Positions 11,102 through 27,400 of a stretch of 64,000 bases of DNA are shown piece after piece. The notes below the pieces were generated by a model. The model saw only the letters and a list, made by a program, of their open reading frames with translations. It was not told where the DNA came from and did not search any database. Origin of the DNA: Macrostomum lignano (Eukaryota); the NCBI GenBank assembly GCA_002269645.1, contig NIVC01004013.1, positions 738-64,737 on the forward strand. Reading direction: 5' to 3'. The stretch's first letter is position 1. The number at the start of each line of letters is the position of its first letter. The translations under genes were made by a program, and so were the position numbers.

Positions 11102-11821
11102 GTGAACGAGGAGCTGAGACGACTTAAGACCCAAGGCATCATCACGCCCATCAAGCACTCAGACTGGGCGGCTCCCATTGTCCCGGTAGTGAAGGCGAAC
11201 GGCGAGATCGAGGACATCTTCGCCAAGCTCGGCGGAGGCTGCAAGTGGACAAAGCTCGACTTGTCCAACGCATTTCTACAGCTGCCGCTGTCCGAGGAGA
11301 GCCGGGCCTAATTGGTATTGGTCATCAACACGCCGCGAGGTCTGTTTCAGCTCAACAGACTGCCCTTCCGCATCAAATCAGCCAGCGCCATCTTTCAGCG
11401 CACACTGGAGACGCTGTTGGGTGACCACGACGGCGTCCACCTGTTCGTGGACGACATTCTCATCACGGGCAAGACTCAGGTGCAGCACAGACAGAACCTG
11501 ACCAGCGTGCTGCAGCGTCTCCAGGAAGCCGGCCTTCGACTGAACAGGTCCAAGTGCCTGTTCTTTCAAGACTCCGTCGAGTACCTCAGTCAACACTCCG
11601 TCGATTACCTCGGTCATCAAATCGACGCGCATGGCCTGAAGCCTCTGCCAGACAAGGTCGCAGCGGTGCAGAACGCGCCGGCACCAAAAGACGTTAGCCA
11701 GCTGCGCGCCTTCCTCGGCATGCTGACCCACTACTCGAAGTTCATGCCGCACCTGTCTGCGGTAGTGGCGCCAGCTGCTGAACCAGCTGCTGACCAAGAA
11801 CACCAAGTGGTTCTGGGGTGA
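11102..11821 (+). pseudogene. pol: Reverse transcriptase, disrupted
   Basis: WAAPIVPVVK, LDLSNAFLQL, RLPF.IKSASAIFQR, FVDDILI, YLGH. The RICGDY segment is missing, there is a stop/frameshift at about 11311, and a 24-bp tandem duplication (SVEYLSQHSVDYLGH). Confidence 0.88.
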
Positions 11822-11879
11822 CGCGCAGCAGCGAGCATTCGAGCAGTCCAAGCAACTGCTGCTGTCCTCGGGCGCTCTC

Positions 11880-13405
11880 GTGCACTACAACCCAGACTTG
11901 TCACTGTACCTGGAGTGCGACGCCTCGCGATTCGGTCTGGGGGTGGTCCTGTCGCACAAGATCGGCGGCCAGAGGCAGGCGATTGCCTTCGCGAGTCGCA
12001 GCCTGACCCCGCTCAGCGCAACTATGCGCAGCTGGACGAAGAGGCGCTCGCCATCATGTTCGGCCTGCACCGGTTCCACCAGTTCCTGTACGGGAGGCAC
12101 TTTGTCATCGTGACGGACCACCAGCACCTACTTGGACTGCTTGGTGAGCGCAAGGCCATCCCGGCACACGCCGCAGCTCGCATGCAGCGCTGGGCCATCC
12201 GGCTCTCCAGCTACGACTACAGCCTGGAGTTCAGACGAACGGCGCGGCACGGCAACTGCGACTCGCTCTCTCGCCTTCCGCTCGGCACCCAGTTCATCGA
12301 GGAGCCAGCTGTGAACTGCCTCCTCATCGACGAAGATGTCGGTTCGGCCCTGACGGCAAAGGTGATTTCTTCTTCTTCTTCTTCTTCGGGCGTGCTCGGG
12401 CCAGGGCCCATGGCACCGGGCGTCAGATGGCGCCCGCCTTCCCGAGGAAGTTCAACACCGCGACGCAGTTCTCGAAAACTGCCGCGGGCTCCGGGCTTGG
12501 CCCCCAGAGGCGGCAGCGGTGTGATGTCAGGGCGGGGCAGGAGATCAGCAGATGGGCCGCCTCTGCGAAAGGTGATTTCGCAGAGGACGCGGACGGACGC
12601 GCAGCTCGGCAGAGTGCTGCTGTGTCTGCAGTCGGGCGCCCGGATCCCAGCTGCAGGGGGCCTCAAAGCGTTCTCTGGCCGACAGCACGAGCTGAACATC
12701 GAGCAGGGCTGCCTGCTTTGGGGGTCCAGAGTCATCGTTCCGTCCGCCCTCCGCTCGAAGGTCCTCAGCGAACTGCACCAGGCCCACCCTGAAGCCAGCC
12801 GCATGCGGGCGCTCGCTCGCAGCTACGTGTGGTGGCCCGGCCTGGACAAGGACGTGGAGGACTCCGTCAAGGCGTGCGAAACCTGCCGGCTCAACCAGGC
12901 CGATCCGCCCAAGGCGCCTGTGCACCCGTGGCCCTTCCCATCGGAGCCGTGGTCCCGGCTACACATCGACTTCGCTGGCCCTGTCGACGGCCGCACCTTC
13001 CTGGTGCTTATCGACGCGCACAGTAAGTGGCCGGAGGTAAAGCAGCTGACCAGCACGACGTCAGGCGCGACCATCAACTGCCTTCGCGAGATCTTCGCGC
13101 GCCAGGGTCTACCTCGGACTCCGGTGTCTGACAACGGAGCTCAGTTCACGTCATCCGAATTCAGCGAGTTCCTGCGTCTCAACGGCATCGAGCATGTGAC
13201 TTCAGCTCCGTTTCATCCTGCGACCAACGGGCAAGCCGAACGGTTCGTCAAGGTGCTGAAGCAGCACCTAAAGAAATCGGGACTGTCAGAGAGCTCTGCA
13301 GCAGCTCCTACTCGCCTATCGCAACACGCTGCATTCGGCCACAGGCGCAGCTCCCAGCCAGCTGCTCTACTGCTCTACGACTCCGATCTCGGCTGGACCT
13401 GCTGA
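11880..13405 (+). pseudogene. pol: RNase H - integrase, disrupted
   Basis: LECDASRFGLG, NYAQLDEEALAI, TDHQHL, RMQRWA; zinc-binding LHQAHP...CETC; catalytic HIDFAGP, VSDNG, AERFV. Confidence 0.88.
12370..12567 (-). mobile_element. 5'-truncated LINE 3' end with (GAA)n tail, nested antisense in Gypsy pol
   Basis: 12-bp TSD AAAGGTGATTTC at 12358-12369 and 12568-12579. The minus strand reads AEAAHLLISCPALTSHRCRLWG...VLNFLGKAGAI-stop, then a short UTR and (GAA)6. Confidence 0.85.
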
Positions 13406-13947
13406 CGCCATCGCTCGTCAGCAACCGTCACCGGCAGCAGGAGGCAGCGCTCCAGCAGTCGCCAAGACCGACCAGGACGTTTGCCGAGACCGGCGACCTG
13501 CCAGCGGCCCACCAGGACGGCTCTTCCGACGGAAACCTGGCGCCCGGCCCCGGGCCTGGCGATGGCATTGTGAAGCCTGCGGCGGGCTCGCCGGCCCGGC
13601 GGTACCCCGAGCGAGCCAGGGTACCTCCTGACCGACTTCGACTCGGCTGAGCACCAGCCTGAGGGGGGAGATGTCCTGGCCTGGGCTGCGGACCCTCCGC
13701 AGCAGGGCCAGTATGCGTTCTCCCACTGACTAAGCAGCACCGATTGTTCCCCTCACTGACTCACCCGTGTCACCCCTACTGCACGCTCTCCATTGCTTCA
13801 TGCTACGCATCCCCTGTACGTGTTCGTACCACAGCACGCCTATACGGTTCGGGCCCCAGAGCCCAGAAATATAACGGCAAACACGACCCCCTCGGTCTCT
13901 CCACGTTTTTACTGACTGCCTGCCTGCTCACGGGATCCGCTCCCAGG

Positions 13948-14363
13948 GGGGTGCTTTCACAAGGTCGAAACTTCACAAGGTCGAAATTTCACAACATCGA
14001 AAACTTTAGCAAGAGACTTCATAAGGTCGAAATTTTACGAGGTCGAAATTTCACAACATCGAAAACTCTAGCAGAATACCTCATAAGGTCGAAATTTCCC
14101 AAGGTCGAAATTTCACAACATCGAAAACTCGAAAAGCAGCCACTTTCATAAGGTCGAAATTTCACAAGGTTGAAATTTCATAACATCGAAACTCAAACTT
14201 GTGAAAGTGGCTGCTATTTGAGTTTTCGACCTTGTGAAATTTCGACCTTATGAAGTCTCTTGCTAAAGTTTTCGATGTTGTGAAATTTCTACCTTATGAA
14301 ATTTCGACCTTATGAAGGAGGGTGCTTTCGACGTTGTGAAATTTCGAGTTTGTGAAACCCCCC
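13948..14363. mobile_element. Foldback-like MITE made of internally repeated TIRs
   Basis: AAGGTCGAAATTTCACAA units run forward in 13955-14195 and inverted in 14195-14360. G-run/C-run termini; candidate 8-bp TSD CTCCCAGG at 13940-13947 and 14364-14371. Confidence 0.75.
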
Positions 14364-16142
14364 CTCCCAGGCAGAGCTTTGGACTAAACGTCAAGACTTA
14401 CTTCTAAGTCATTACAGTACTCGTACTATATAGAAAACCAAAGCCGTCTGTTGAGATTATTTATTATAGCTCGTAGCTCAGCCCGCTATCAGTCCTCAGA
14501 AGTTACGAACCGTATTCTATGGCGGATTACAGAAAAGCGAATTCTGTGACACATTGATTGTCCCTCCCCAGTCATCTGCTCAATCGCCAATAGATATTAA
14601 ACTCAGCACTGCATCTATTGCTCGGAAGTAATGCCTTGACAAAAAATTGTAACTTCCAGCACTTTAGCGCAATATAGTATAGGTGGATTATTAGTTTTCG
14701 TGACTTGAGTTTCCTTGTTGACAAATGGATAAGCTTCTTTTTAGTCTGCAAAATTGCACGACTTGCGTGAGTGGAAAACAAATGAATCTGAATAAATGCA
14801 ATAGACCTATAAACCTGCGACGAGCGATTCGAAATCAGCCCTAATTAGAGACACTCGGAGACAGACAAACGAGCGCAGCAAAGTGCCGATTACTAACTGA
14901 TTACCATGCACTTGTGCGAGCTCTTTGCGTGCAAGTGCCCGGCCTTATTGACGTGCGTCGGGTAACTGAAATATGCGGGGCCCAAGGAGAGGCCCGTGCA
15001 GCTGCTTTGCCGCGCTGCTTTGCGGAAGAAAAAAAACGAGGGTAGTTAAGAGGAGGAGGTTGAGTTGAAGATAAGCCGATAGCGGGAGAGAAGGCTTAAT
15101 TGTACCGGGACTAAGTGCCTAGAAAGAGCGGGAGGCAACCGGGAAGGGAGAATGTGGTGAGAGGAATTATGGGGCTATATACTGGGTCCATAGTGAGATA
15201 AATCAGCCGGAGAGGCCCGAGCAGGCACGCCGGGTGTGAGCAGCGGGCGGAAGCCTTTGGCCAAGGTGGTGCCGAACATGCGGCCAATATTGCCCCGCCC
15301 TCCACGGGACGCAAAGTGAGTGCGGGAGAAGAAAAAAGGGAATTAGGAATACGCGATCCTAGTGGAGAGGGAGATAGCGCTGAAAATGGGAAATAGAAAC
15401 GAAAGAACGCAGGAAGGAAAGATGGACGAACGTAAAAAAAATGGCGCGGGAAAGAACCAGCGTGAGTGCCCGAGGCTCTGCTCCCCTGGGAGGGGGCGAA
15501 TGAGTGCTGGAATTCGCGGGCTGCGGAGTAAGGCGCGTAGTTTGGCTGAGCAGCGAGATGGATGCCTGCCGTCCTTTTATCATTGCGCCCTTGCAGTTCG
15601 TATTTATAAACACACTTGCCGGACTGTACTGCTTGCAGGTCTGTCAGCAAACTATCGATTTGGCTAACTTAAAGCCCTAGTTTATAACCGACATCGAAAA
15701 GTCAAGGCTGGGTTTCTGTGGAAAATTTATGATGGCTTATGCTTTCCGGTAATTTACATCTTTTGCGTAATCTTTTAAACTGGGGCGCAAAGCCTATCCG
15801 ATAAAAAACAATATTTTTCAGATACATCCTTGATAAAAACAGAAAGAAAGTTTATGCAGATCAAGAAACTAGTTAATGGCACGACCTCAACTTGCTACTT
15901 AAAGTAGAAAACTGAGGGTAGAGCCATCCCAATGCAGAAATAGTGAGTGAGTGAGAGGAACAGTGGGTTGGAGGGGAGAAAATCCGGTTGCCTAAGCAAC
16001 CGCAGTATTTATCAGGCAATAAAAGACTGTCAGATTACTATTTAACTACTTGCTGCTCCGGTACCAGCTTCCCATTGCTTATCAAATTGACTTGGAAACT
16101 CCAATTGAAGCAACACTGTTTCTCGTGCACTGCAATCGCCAG

Positions 16143-17249
16143 ATGAAAAAACTCCAAATCGTTGCCTTCTGGTCGCTTCTAGCGTGTGCTACCACTGTAT
16201 CAGCCTTAGAGAGTCAAGGTGAGAGCTAAACTCCATTACTGTTACGACTGGTATGTTATGATGCGGTACGGTACTTGTAACAACGACTCATCAACTTATA
16301 TAGACTTTAATACCGATTGTCGTAGAGTTTTCTACCGAGCCCGCTGAGCCGTTGGACGCCACGGCTGCGCTGACATCGGCACCAGGCCGCAGCGATACGC
16401 ACTGCGCCATTCAGTGCGCTGCAGCCGGACGCAGCGCCTGCTCTGCCACTGCTTTCGTATCGGGCTCGCGGCTCTGCCTTTTCTCTGCTGCCAGGAATGC
16501 GGACTTTGCCGCGACTGCTCCTGGAAGCCTCGTGTATCGAATCCGCTGGAAAGGTAATGATAGATCATTATACCAGAAAATACTTTCTTACATTTATACT
16601 TATTGCTTATTAGTAAATATTGGGCTCATGAAACCGGTGACAGATCTACCGGATGGAGTCATGCTGATTCGAACTGGCGCCAGTCTGAGCTTCGCCAGGA
16701 GCTGGTCCGAGTACGAAAACGGATTCGGCAACGAGGTCGACGGTTGGATGGGTGAGCAGTTCTGCAGAATGCTAACTATCTAAGATTTTAACTGAGTGAA
16801 TTACTGTGTTTGCCAATTGTCATTCAGGTCTGCGAAAAATCCACGAACTGACTGGAAACACGCCCAGGCGCCTGAGAGTGGAAGCTGTCACCTGGTCGAA
16901 TGTGTTGTACGTCTGCGAGTACTCCGGCTTCTCCGTGGGAAACGCCAGCACTAACTACACGATGACCTTCGACAAGTATCTGTCCGGCAGCTCCAACACG
17001 ACATCTGACTCTCTATTTTATCACAAGGGGATGCAGTTTTCCACAATGGACAGAGACAATGATCAGCATAGTTCTGTATTCTGCTCTTCTTCGGGAGGCA
17101 ATGGTGGTTGGTGGTTCAAATCCTGCTCGCATTGCAACCCAAACGGAATCTACTTTGCTACTCGATCTTCCTCTCTTGGAAGATGCTATTGGAATGGCGC
17201 TGATGGAAGCTACTCGCTGAAAAGCATCAAACTACTGCTGGTTGTCTAA
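16143..17249 (+). CDS. Secreted PAN/apple-like + fibrinogen-related domain (FReD) protein, 277 aa
   Basis: Exons 16143-16218, 16326-16553, 16644-16751 and 16828-17249 have GT-AG introns with compatible phases (834 nt). Signal peptide MKKLQIVAFWSLLACATTVSA; HCAIQC...C...F...CL module; FReD motifs FARSWSEYENGFG, WMGL, FSTMDRDND, GGWWFKSC..CNPNGIY. Confidence 0.85.
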
Positions 17250-17544
17250 GTCAAAAACTTTTTGTTTTAACCATGAGATGACAGAAACAAAGTACAGTTA
17301 GGATTAGCTACAACTCTCAATTTTTAAGAGATCCGTTTATGATGGTAGATATTAATCGAAAAAATAAACAACAACTTAGCTGCAACTATAAAACTGATGG
17401 CGGGCATGGTTTGAAAACTGATTCGTTACGTTCCGCATCCCTGAAATATAATATACTTTTTGTCAGAAACTTCCTCTTCTATTTTCCAACGGCTATCTAC
17501 CATGGCACCTAAAGTAGTAGGACGCTATACTCGCTCAACCGACG

Positions 17545-17900
<356 letters not shown>

Positions 17901-18334
17901 CTGTTTGCCCAGTAGCGCTGGATCGGTGGTAAATATCAGAGTTTGCAGTTACCATGATAAATGTTGGCAGGTCACACCAACCCAATGCCGGATGCAAACT
18001 TCAACAAATAAAGTAGCTGGCACATGTAGCTTGTAGATTTCCTTTTTGAGTTTTGCAACCGGATCTGAATTTCGTTCAAACAATGGAACTCGACTTAAGT
18101 TTAGATAGGGAAAATGTCTCTAGCAGAAATTGCACGAATTTCTCTACAAATATGGATATAGCTTCATGGGTGCCAGCTGCAGTATTCTGATCAGTTCTAC
18201 AAAGTAAATTTAGAGTGTGGGAATTGACAAACGTCTGGCTGGTCGAGACAACAAAAATTAATATTGGATATACAGTTTTCTAGGAAGAAAAAATTCGTCT
18301 AATTTCGAGACAGCTCTGGAAAGTGTGCATGTCT

Positions 18335-18343
18335 GATAGACAG

Positions 18344-18394
<51 letters not shown>

Positions 18395-18403
18395 GATAGA
18401 TAC

Positions 18404-18463
<60 letters not shown>

Positions 18464-18833
18464 TGAGAAAGAGCGAGCGAAGCGAGCTCTTTCGAGCTTG
18501 CTTGCCGCAGCCAATCAAGCTGAAAGCACGCACACAAGATCACCGGAAACGATTAAGGCAGCTGGAAAGCCAATGGGCGCGGTAAGCGCTTTTATCCAGA
18601 GGAACTACCTGCTGGAACCAGCCATGCCGAACGAAAATCAGACTACTCAAGTAGTGCAAAAGAGTACGTGCAACTACCGAGATATCTAATTTTCGTAACC
18701 GCTCCGGTGCAGGTCCTGGCTATAGATGGTAGATAGCGAGAAAGAGCGAGCGAAGCGAGCTCTTTCGAGCTTGCTTGCCGCAGCCAATCAAGCTGAAAGC
18801 ACGCACACAAGATCACACAAAATCAATCTAAAA

Positions 18834-18895
<62 letters not shown>

Positions 18896-18905
18896 GGATA
18901 GATAT
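18335..18905. repeat. (ATAG)n tracts with an identical 79-bp segment duplicated at 18465-18543 and 18738-18816
   Basis: Read directly. The segment begins with the hairpin GAAAGAGC-11 nt-GCTCTTTC. Confidence 0.85.
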
Positions 18906-19029
18906 TTTTTATAGATAAATACAAGGATCACTAGTATTATATCCTTGGATCTAGTGTGGTCCTTGGAAAAAATATTTCAGTAGTTTTTGTCAGTTCTCCA
19001 GGTATGTGGATTCAAGAGGTCCTACGTAC

Positions 19030-19145
19030 CATGAGACTCTGAGCTATGAAACTCTGAGCTACGGGATTCTGGGCTATGAGACTCTGAGCTATGAGACTCT
19101 GAGCTATGAGGCTCTGAGCTATGAGGCTCTGAGCTACGAGTATGA
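19030..19145. repeat. 15-bp minisatellite (GAGACTCTGAGCTAT)
   Basis: About 7 tandem units. Confidence 0.85.
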
Positions 19146-19722
19146 AACCCTGATTCGAGAAAGTGCCTATATTTTCAAATTTTCTCTGTCTATGCATAGT
19201 TTTACTGAGCAAAAAGCAAACTGGCTTGATTCCCCATCCCCGAAAAACAATCCCCGAACAAAATCCCCGAAATGCCACCGCAGTATTGAATTTCAGCAGC
19301 TAATTTCGTGTGGGGCTCTTCTTTCGCCACCATTCGGGGAATTCCGACAGTACGGGGAGACTTCCCGTGGCAATCAGCTTTGGAGGTGGGGAATTAATGA
19401 AAATCAAAGCTGAGAAGAGTCTTATGGTATTTGTCTTCGGCAGACCTTGAAAACGTTCGAGTCTCAGGGATCGGATTTGGGCTTCTGAGATTTTTCCGCA
19501 CACACTCGAAGAGCCTCCATCTGGCGCGGTTCCCTTCGCAAGGAGGCTGGGCGCGGAACATGCCTGGGCGAAAAGTAAACTTTCATCATCGCATCATCAC
19601 TCCATCGGTTTCTAAGCTCATCGGATTGCAGGCCGCTCCAGAGAGGATCTTGTGTCTATTTAAACCCGGTGTGCGGGGACGCTCTCTGATTTCAACCGTG
19701 GGGCTGACACACTCGATCTAGA

Positions 19723-21047
19723 ATGAGCCAAGCTGGAAGCAACTCAACAGTGAGTTTCACCATTGACAGCATACTGCACACTCCGGTGTCGAGCGAACTT
19801 GGAGCTGCCGGAGCTGCAGATGTCAGCAATTATCGGGCTCTACTACGGAATCAAACAAGCGCGCACCTGTGTGAGTTGTGTGCGGCTCATAATCTGTTGG
19901 AGCCTACGTATACAACCTACAAACTACGTATACAATTCTTGTTAAATTTAGTCATACCACCTGTTGATCAGGAAACTTTTACTTACCGCCAGTGTGTGTA
20001 TGCGTCCTGTTAAACTAGGATCTTGTAGGGTCAAAGCCGGCACCTGTTGGGATTTAGCTACATCACCTGCTAATTTACCAAACGTTGTTCAACAGGCAAT
20101 AATTTTGTTCAGCTTCTGCAGCAGCAACAACTTATTGCGCCCGCATTTGCCGCTTATCACGATTGTCGCTGCTCTTTCATCTTGCCGACGCAGCCTCCGC
20201 AGCAGCCTCCATCTTTTTCAGTAGCGGAGCCGCGGCAGGTCATGGAAGAGCAGAACCGTCGGAGCTTCGGGCGAAGACGACGTAATCGAACCATATTTAG
20301 TGAGCGCCAATTGGAGGAGCTGGAGCGACTGTTCGCGCTGACCCACTACCCGGATGTGACCATCAGGGAGCAGCTGGCGGCCAGGATTCAGCTGCGAGAG
20401 GAACGGGTTGAGGCGAGTGCATGTTTACAGTAATTGCGACCTGCTTCTGGCTTGTGGCGCCACTGCCTAGCACCAACCTGATGGCTTGTGGTGCCACTGC
20501 CTAGCACCAACCTGATGGCTTGTGGCGCCACTGCCTAGCACCAACCTGATGGCTTGTGGTGCCACTGCCTAGCACCAACCTGATGGCTTGTGGCGCCACT
20601 GCCTAGCACCAACCTGATGGCTTGTGGTGCCACTGCCTAGCACCAACCTGATGGCTTGTGGCGCCACTGCCTAGCACCAACCTGATGGCTTGTGGCGCCA
20701 CTGCCTAGCACCAACCTGATGGCTTGTGGCGCCAACCCTAACCTGATGGTTTGTGGCGCCAACCCTGATGGTTTGTGGCGCCAACCCTAACCTGATGGTT
20801 TGTGTCGCCAACCCTGATGGTTTGTGTCGCCAACCCTAACCTGATGGTTTGTGTCGCCAACCCTGATGGTTTGTGTCGCCAACCCTAACCTGATGGTTTG
20901 TGGTGCCACCATATCCATTAGAACCCCAATTTACCAGATAGACACCAACACCACAACTGAAAGAGACCAATAGAATCAGCACTATTTACTTCCTTTCAGG
21001 TTTGGTTCAAAAACCGACGTGCAAAGTTTCGCAAGCAGAATCGCTGA
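19723..21047 (+). CDS. gsc: Goosecoid-like paired-class K50 homeobox protein, about 170 aa
   Basis: Exons 19723-19870, 20096-20412 and 21000-21047 (513 nt). N-terminal eh1 motif FTIDSIL. Homeodomain [47 protein letters not shown]|[13 protein letters not shown] with Lys50. The intron 1 boundaries are less certain. Confidence 0.85.
20451..20905. repeat. 34-bp intronic minisatellite decaying into 26/20-bp variants
   Basis: GCCACTGCCTAGCACCAACCTGATGGCTTGTGGC in tandem inside homeobox intron 2. Confidence 0.95.
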
Positions 21048-21412
21048 CAATGGCAACGAATATTTTTCTGCACTTTACTTAAAAAACTGCTTATTTTCGT
21101 TACTGACTACTTATTTCACTTGCAGCAGCAAAGTAGTGAGCTAAGCAAACCTGTAATCCTGCTACGCTCTAAAGTACGATCTGAAGTGGTTCGTTTGCTT
21201 CATTCATATCGGCATAAAATTTACTGATTATTATTCCATGAAGGAAGGTAAAGAACAAAGTATAAAGTATGACTCAAATATAAATTAAATTTCACTTATT
21301 GATTTCTATAATACCGTTAAATCGATTGATCTATAGAACTGCGAATAAAACTACTCATCTTTACCTTCATCTTTAAATGAGGCGGGTTGGATGTGACTAG
21401 GAGTTTGAGAAG

Positions 21413-21900
21413 AGTGAGAGGAGGGGTGGCCGGGAGTGAGAGGAGGGGTGGCCGGGAGTGAGAGGAGGGGTGGCCGGGAAGTGAGAGGAGGGGTGGCCGG
21501 GAAGTGAGTGGAGGGGTGGCCGGGGAGTGAGTGGAGGGGTGGCCGGGGAGTGAGTGGAAGGGTGGCCGGGAAGTGAGTGGAGGGGTGGCCGGGAAGTGAG
21601 TGGAGTGGTGGCCGGGAAGTGAGTGGAGGGGTGGCCGGGGAGTGAGAGGAGGGGTGGCCGGGGAGTGAGTGGAGGGGTGGCCGGGAAGTGAGTGGAGGGG
21701 TGGCCGGGAAGTGAGTGGAGGGGTGGCCGGGAAGTGAGTGGAGGGGTGGCCGGGGAGTGAGTGGAGGGGTGGCCGGGGAGTGAGTGGAGGGGTGGCCGGG
21801 GAGTGAGTGGAGGGGTGGCCGGGGAGTGAGTGGAGGGGTGGCCGGGGAGTGACCGGGGAGTGAGAGGAGGGGTTGCTGGCGGTGAGAGGAGGGGGTGGCT
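21413..21900. repeat. G-rich ~23-bp minisatellite
   Basis: GGGAAGTGAGTGGAGGGGTGGCC units. Confidence 0.92.
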
Positions 21901-22615
21901 GTGGACCGGAGAGGAATTATGAAAGCTAATTTGTGATTAAAATTCGTAATTACAGGCAGATTTTGTTCGTACATCATTAGAAGGCATTGAACCATTTAAG
22001 CAAAATTGGGTGCCAGATCTACGCTTGTAGCTTAGGTCGCGTGGTTGGATCATTCTCAGTGCTAATCAAATAAATTCTCACTCCTACAACTTCGAATTCT
22101 GTCTTGCAGTCAACGCCCTTTTCTGCCCTAGAAGCCTCCCTATACATGTAGATAGCCTGTGCAATGCAAATTGTTACTAATCAGAAGATTCGCGAACCAA
22201 ATGCAATAAATTGTGCACTCAGATCAAATGTCTGCTGGGCAAAATTTGCATTCATTATACGCTCTCGCACATAGATAGCTATATAGGCGCATCCTGTGCA
22301 GACCTCATCCAATGCTGGTGTAAGAACTACAATAGTAGGTTATTTTATTCAACGTACAAGAAAGACTTAATGCGCCTGCTAAAAAGCTGCAATACTGCTG
22401 AGTACGTTGGCAGTTTTGTAGCTAAAGAGCAGACTGATTGATTGATTAGGGTGGCGCGGGTTTAGGCGTGCTGCTATTGGGGAATTGGGATCGATTCAAG
22501 GGCTTGGCGAGTCACACGGAAAGAGAGAGGCAGTGAGAGACGCAAAGAGACAAGCAGCCTTACTGTAAGAACGCAGAGCTACCAGCACAACAGCTGGCCG
22601 CGAAGAGTTCAAGCG

Positions 22616-26661
<4,046 letters not shown>

Positions 26662-26796
26662 ACTCCGAAATTCGATAAGAGCTGGACTCGACTGGAATTC
26701 TCTCTGCTCTGTTTTAGTGCATTGTTTTTCAAATTTTCCCCTGCATCCTAATGAGAATGCTGGCGCAGGATTCGCAATCCCTTTTTCTACACCTCG

Positions 26797-27400
26797 AACC
26801 CCCACCTCCTTTCCTACCCCAACCCCACCTCCTTTCCTACCCCCAAACCCCCACCTCCTTTCTTACCCCAACCCCACCTCCTTTCCTACCCCCAACCCCA
26901 CCTCCTTTCCTGCCCCAAACCCCCACCTCCTTTCTACCCCAACCCCACCTCCTTTCCTACCCCCAACCCCACCTCCTTTCCTGCCCCCAAACCCCCACCT
27001 CCTTTCTACCCCAACCCACCTCTTTTCCTACCCCAAACCCCCACCTTCTTTCCTACCCAAACCCCCACCTCCTTTTCTACCCCAAACCCCACCTCCTTTC
27101 TACCCCCAACCCACCTCTTTTCCTACCCCCAAACCCCCCACCTTCTTTCCTACCCCCAAACCCCCACCTCCTTTCTACCCCCAACCCACCTCTTTTCCTA
27201 CCCCCAAACCCCCACCTTCTTTCCTACCCCCAAACCCCCAACTCCTTTTCCTACCACCAAACCCCCACCTCCTTTCCTACCCCAAACCCCCACCTCCTTT
27301 TCTACCCCCAAACCCCCACCTCCTTTCCTACCCCCAAACCTCCACCTCCTTTCCTACCCCCAAACCCCACCTTCCTATTCCAACCCCTTCTTTTCTTACC
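26797..27400. repeat. C-rich degenerate minisatellite
   Basis: CCCAAACCCCCACCTCCTTTCCTAC-like units. Confidence 0.9.

Larger units (their letters stand above)
9831..13940 (+). mobile_element. Decayed Ty3/Gypsy LTR retrotransposon (Mag/K02A2.6-like)
   Basis: Gag, two zinc knuckles, protease, RT, RNase H and integrase occur in Gypsy order. PBS-like TGGCGACGAG at 9832; polypurine tract GAGGGGGGAGA at 13661-13671 followed by TGT (putative 3' LTR from 13672). Stops, frameshifts and a deletion are present, and no matching 5' LTR was seen. Confidence 0.92.

Noticed and set aside
20451-20905. CRISPR-like look of the 29-38-bp arrays (also 30784, 39975, 45697, 57642)
   Set aside because: The units are head-to-tail with no unique spacers, there are no cas genes, and the context is eukaryotic.
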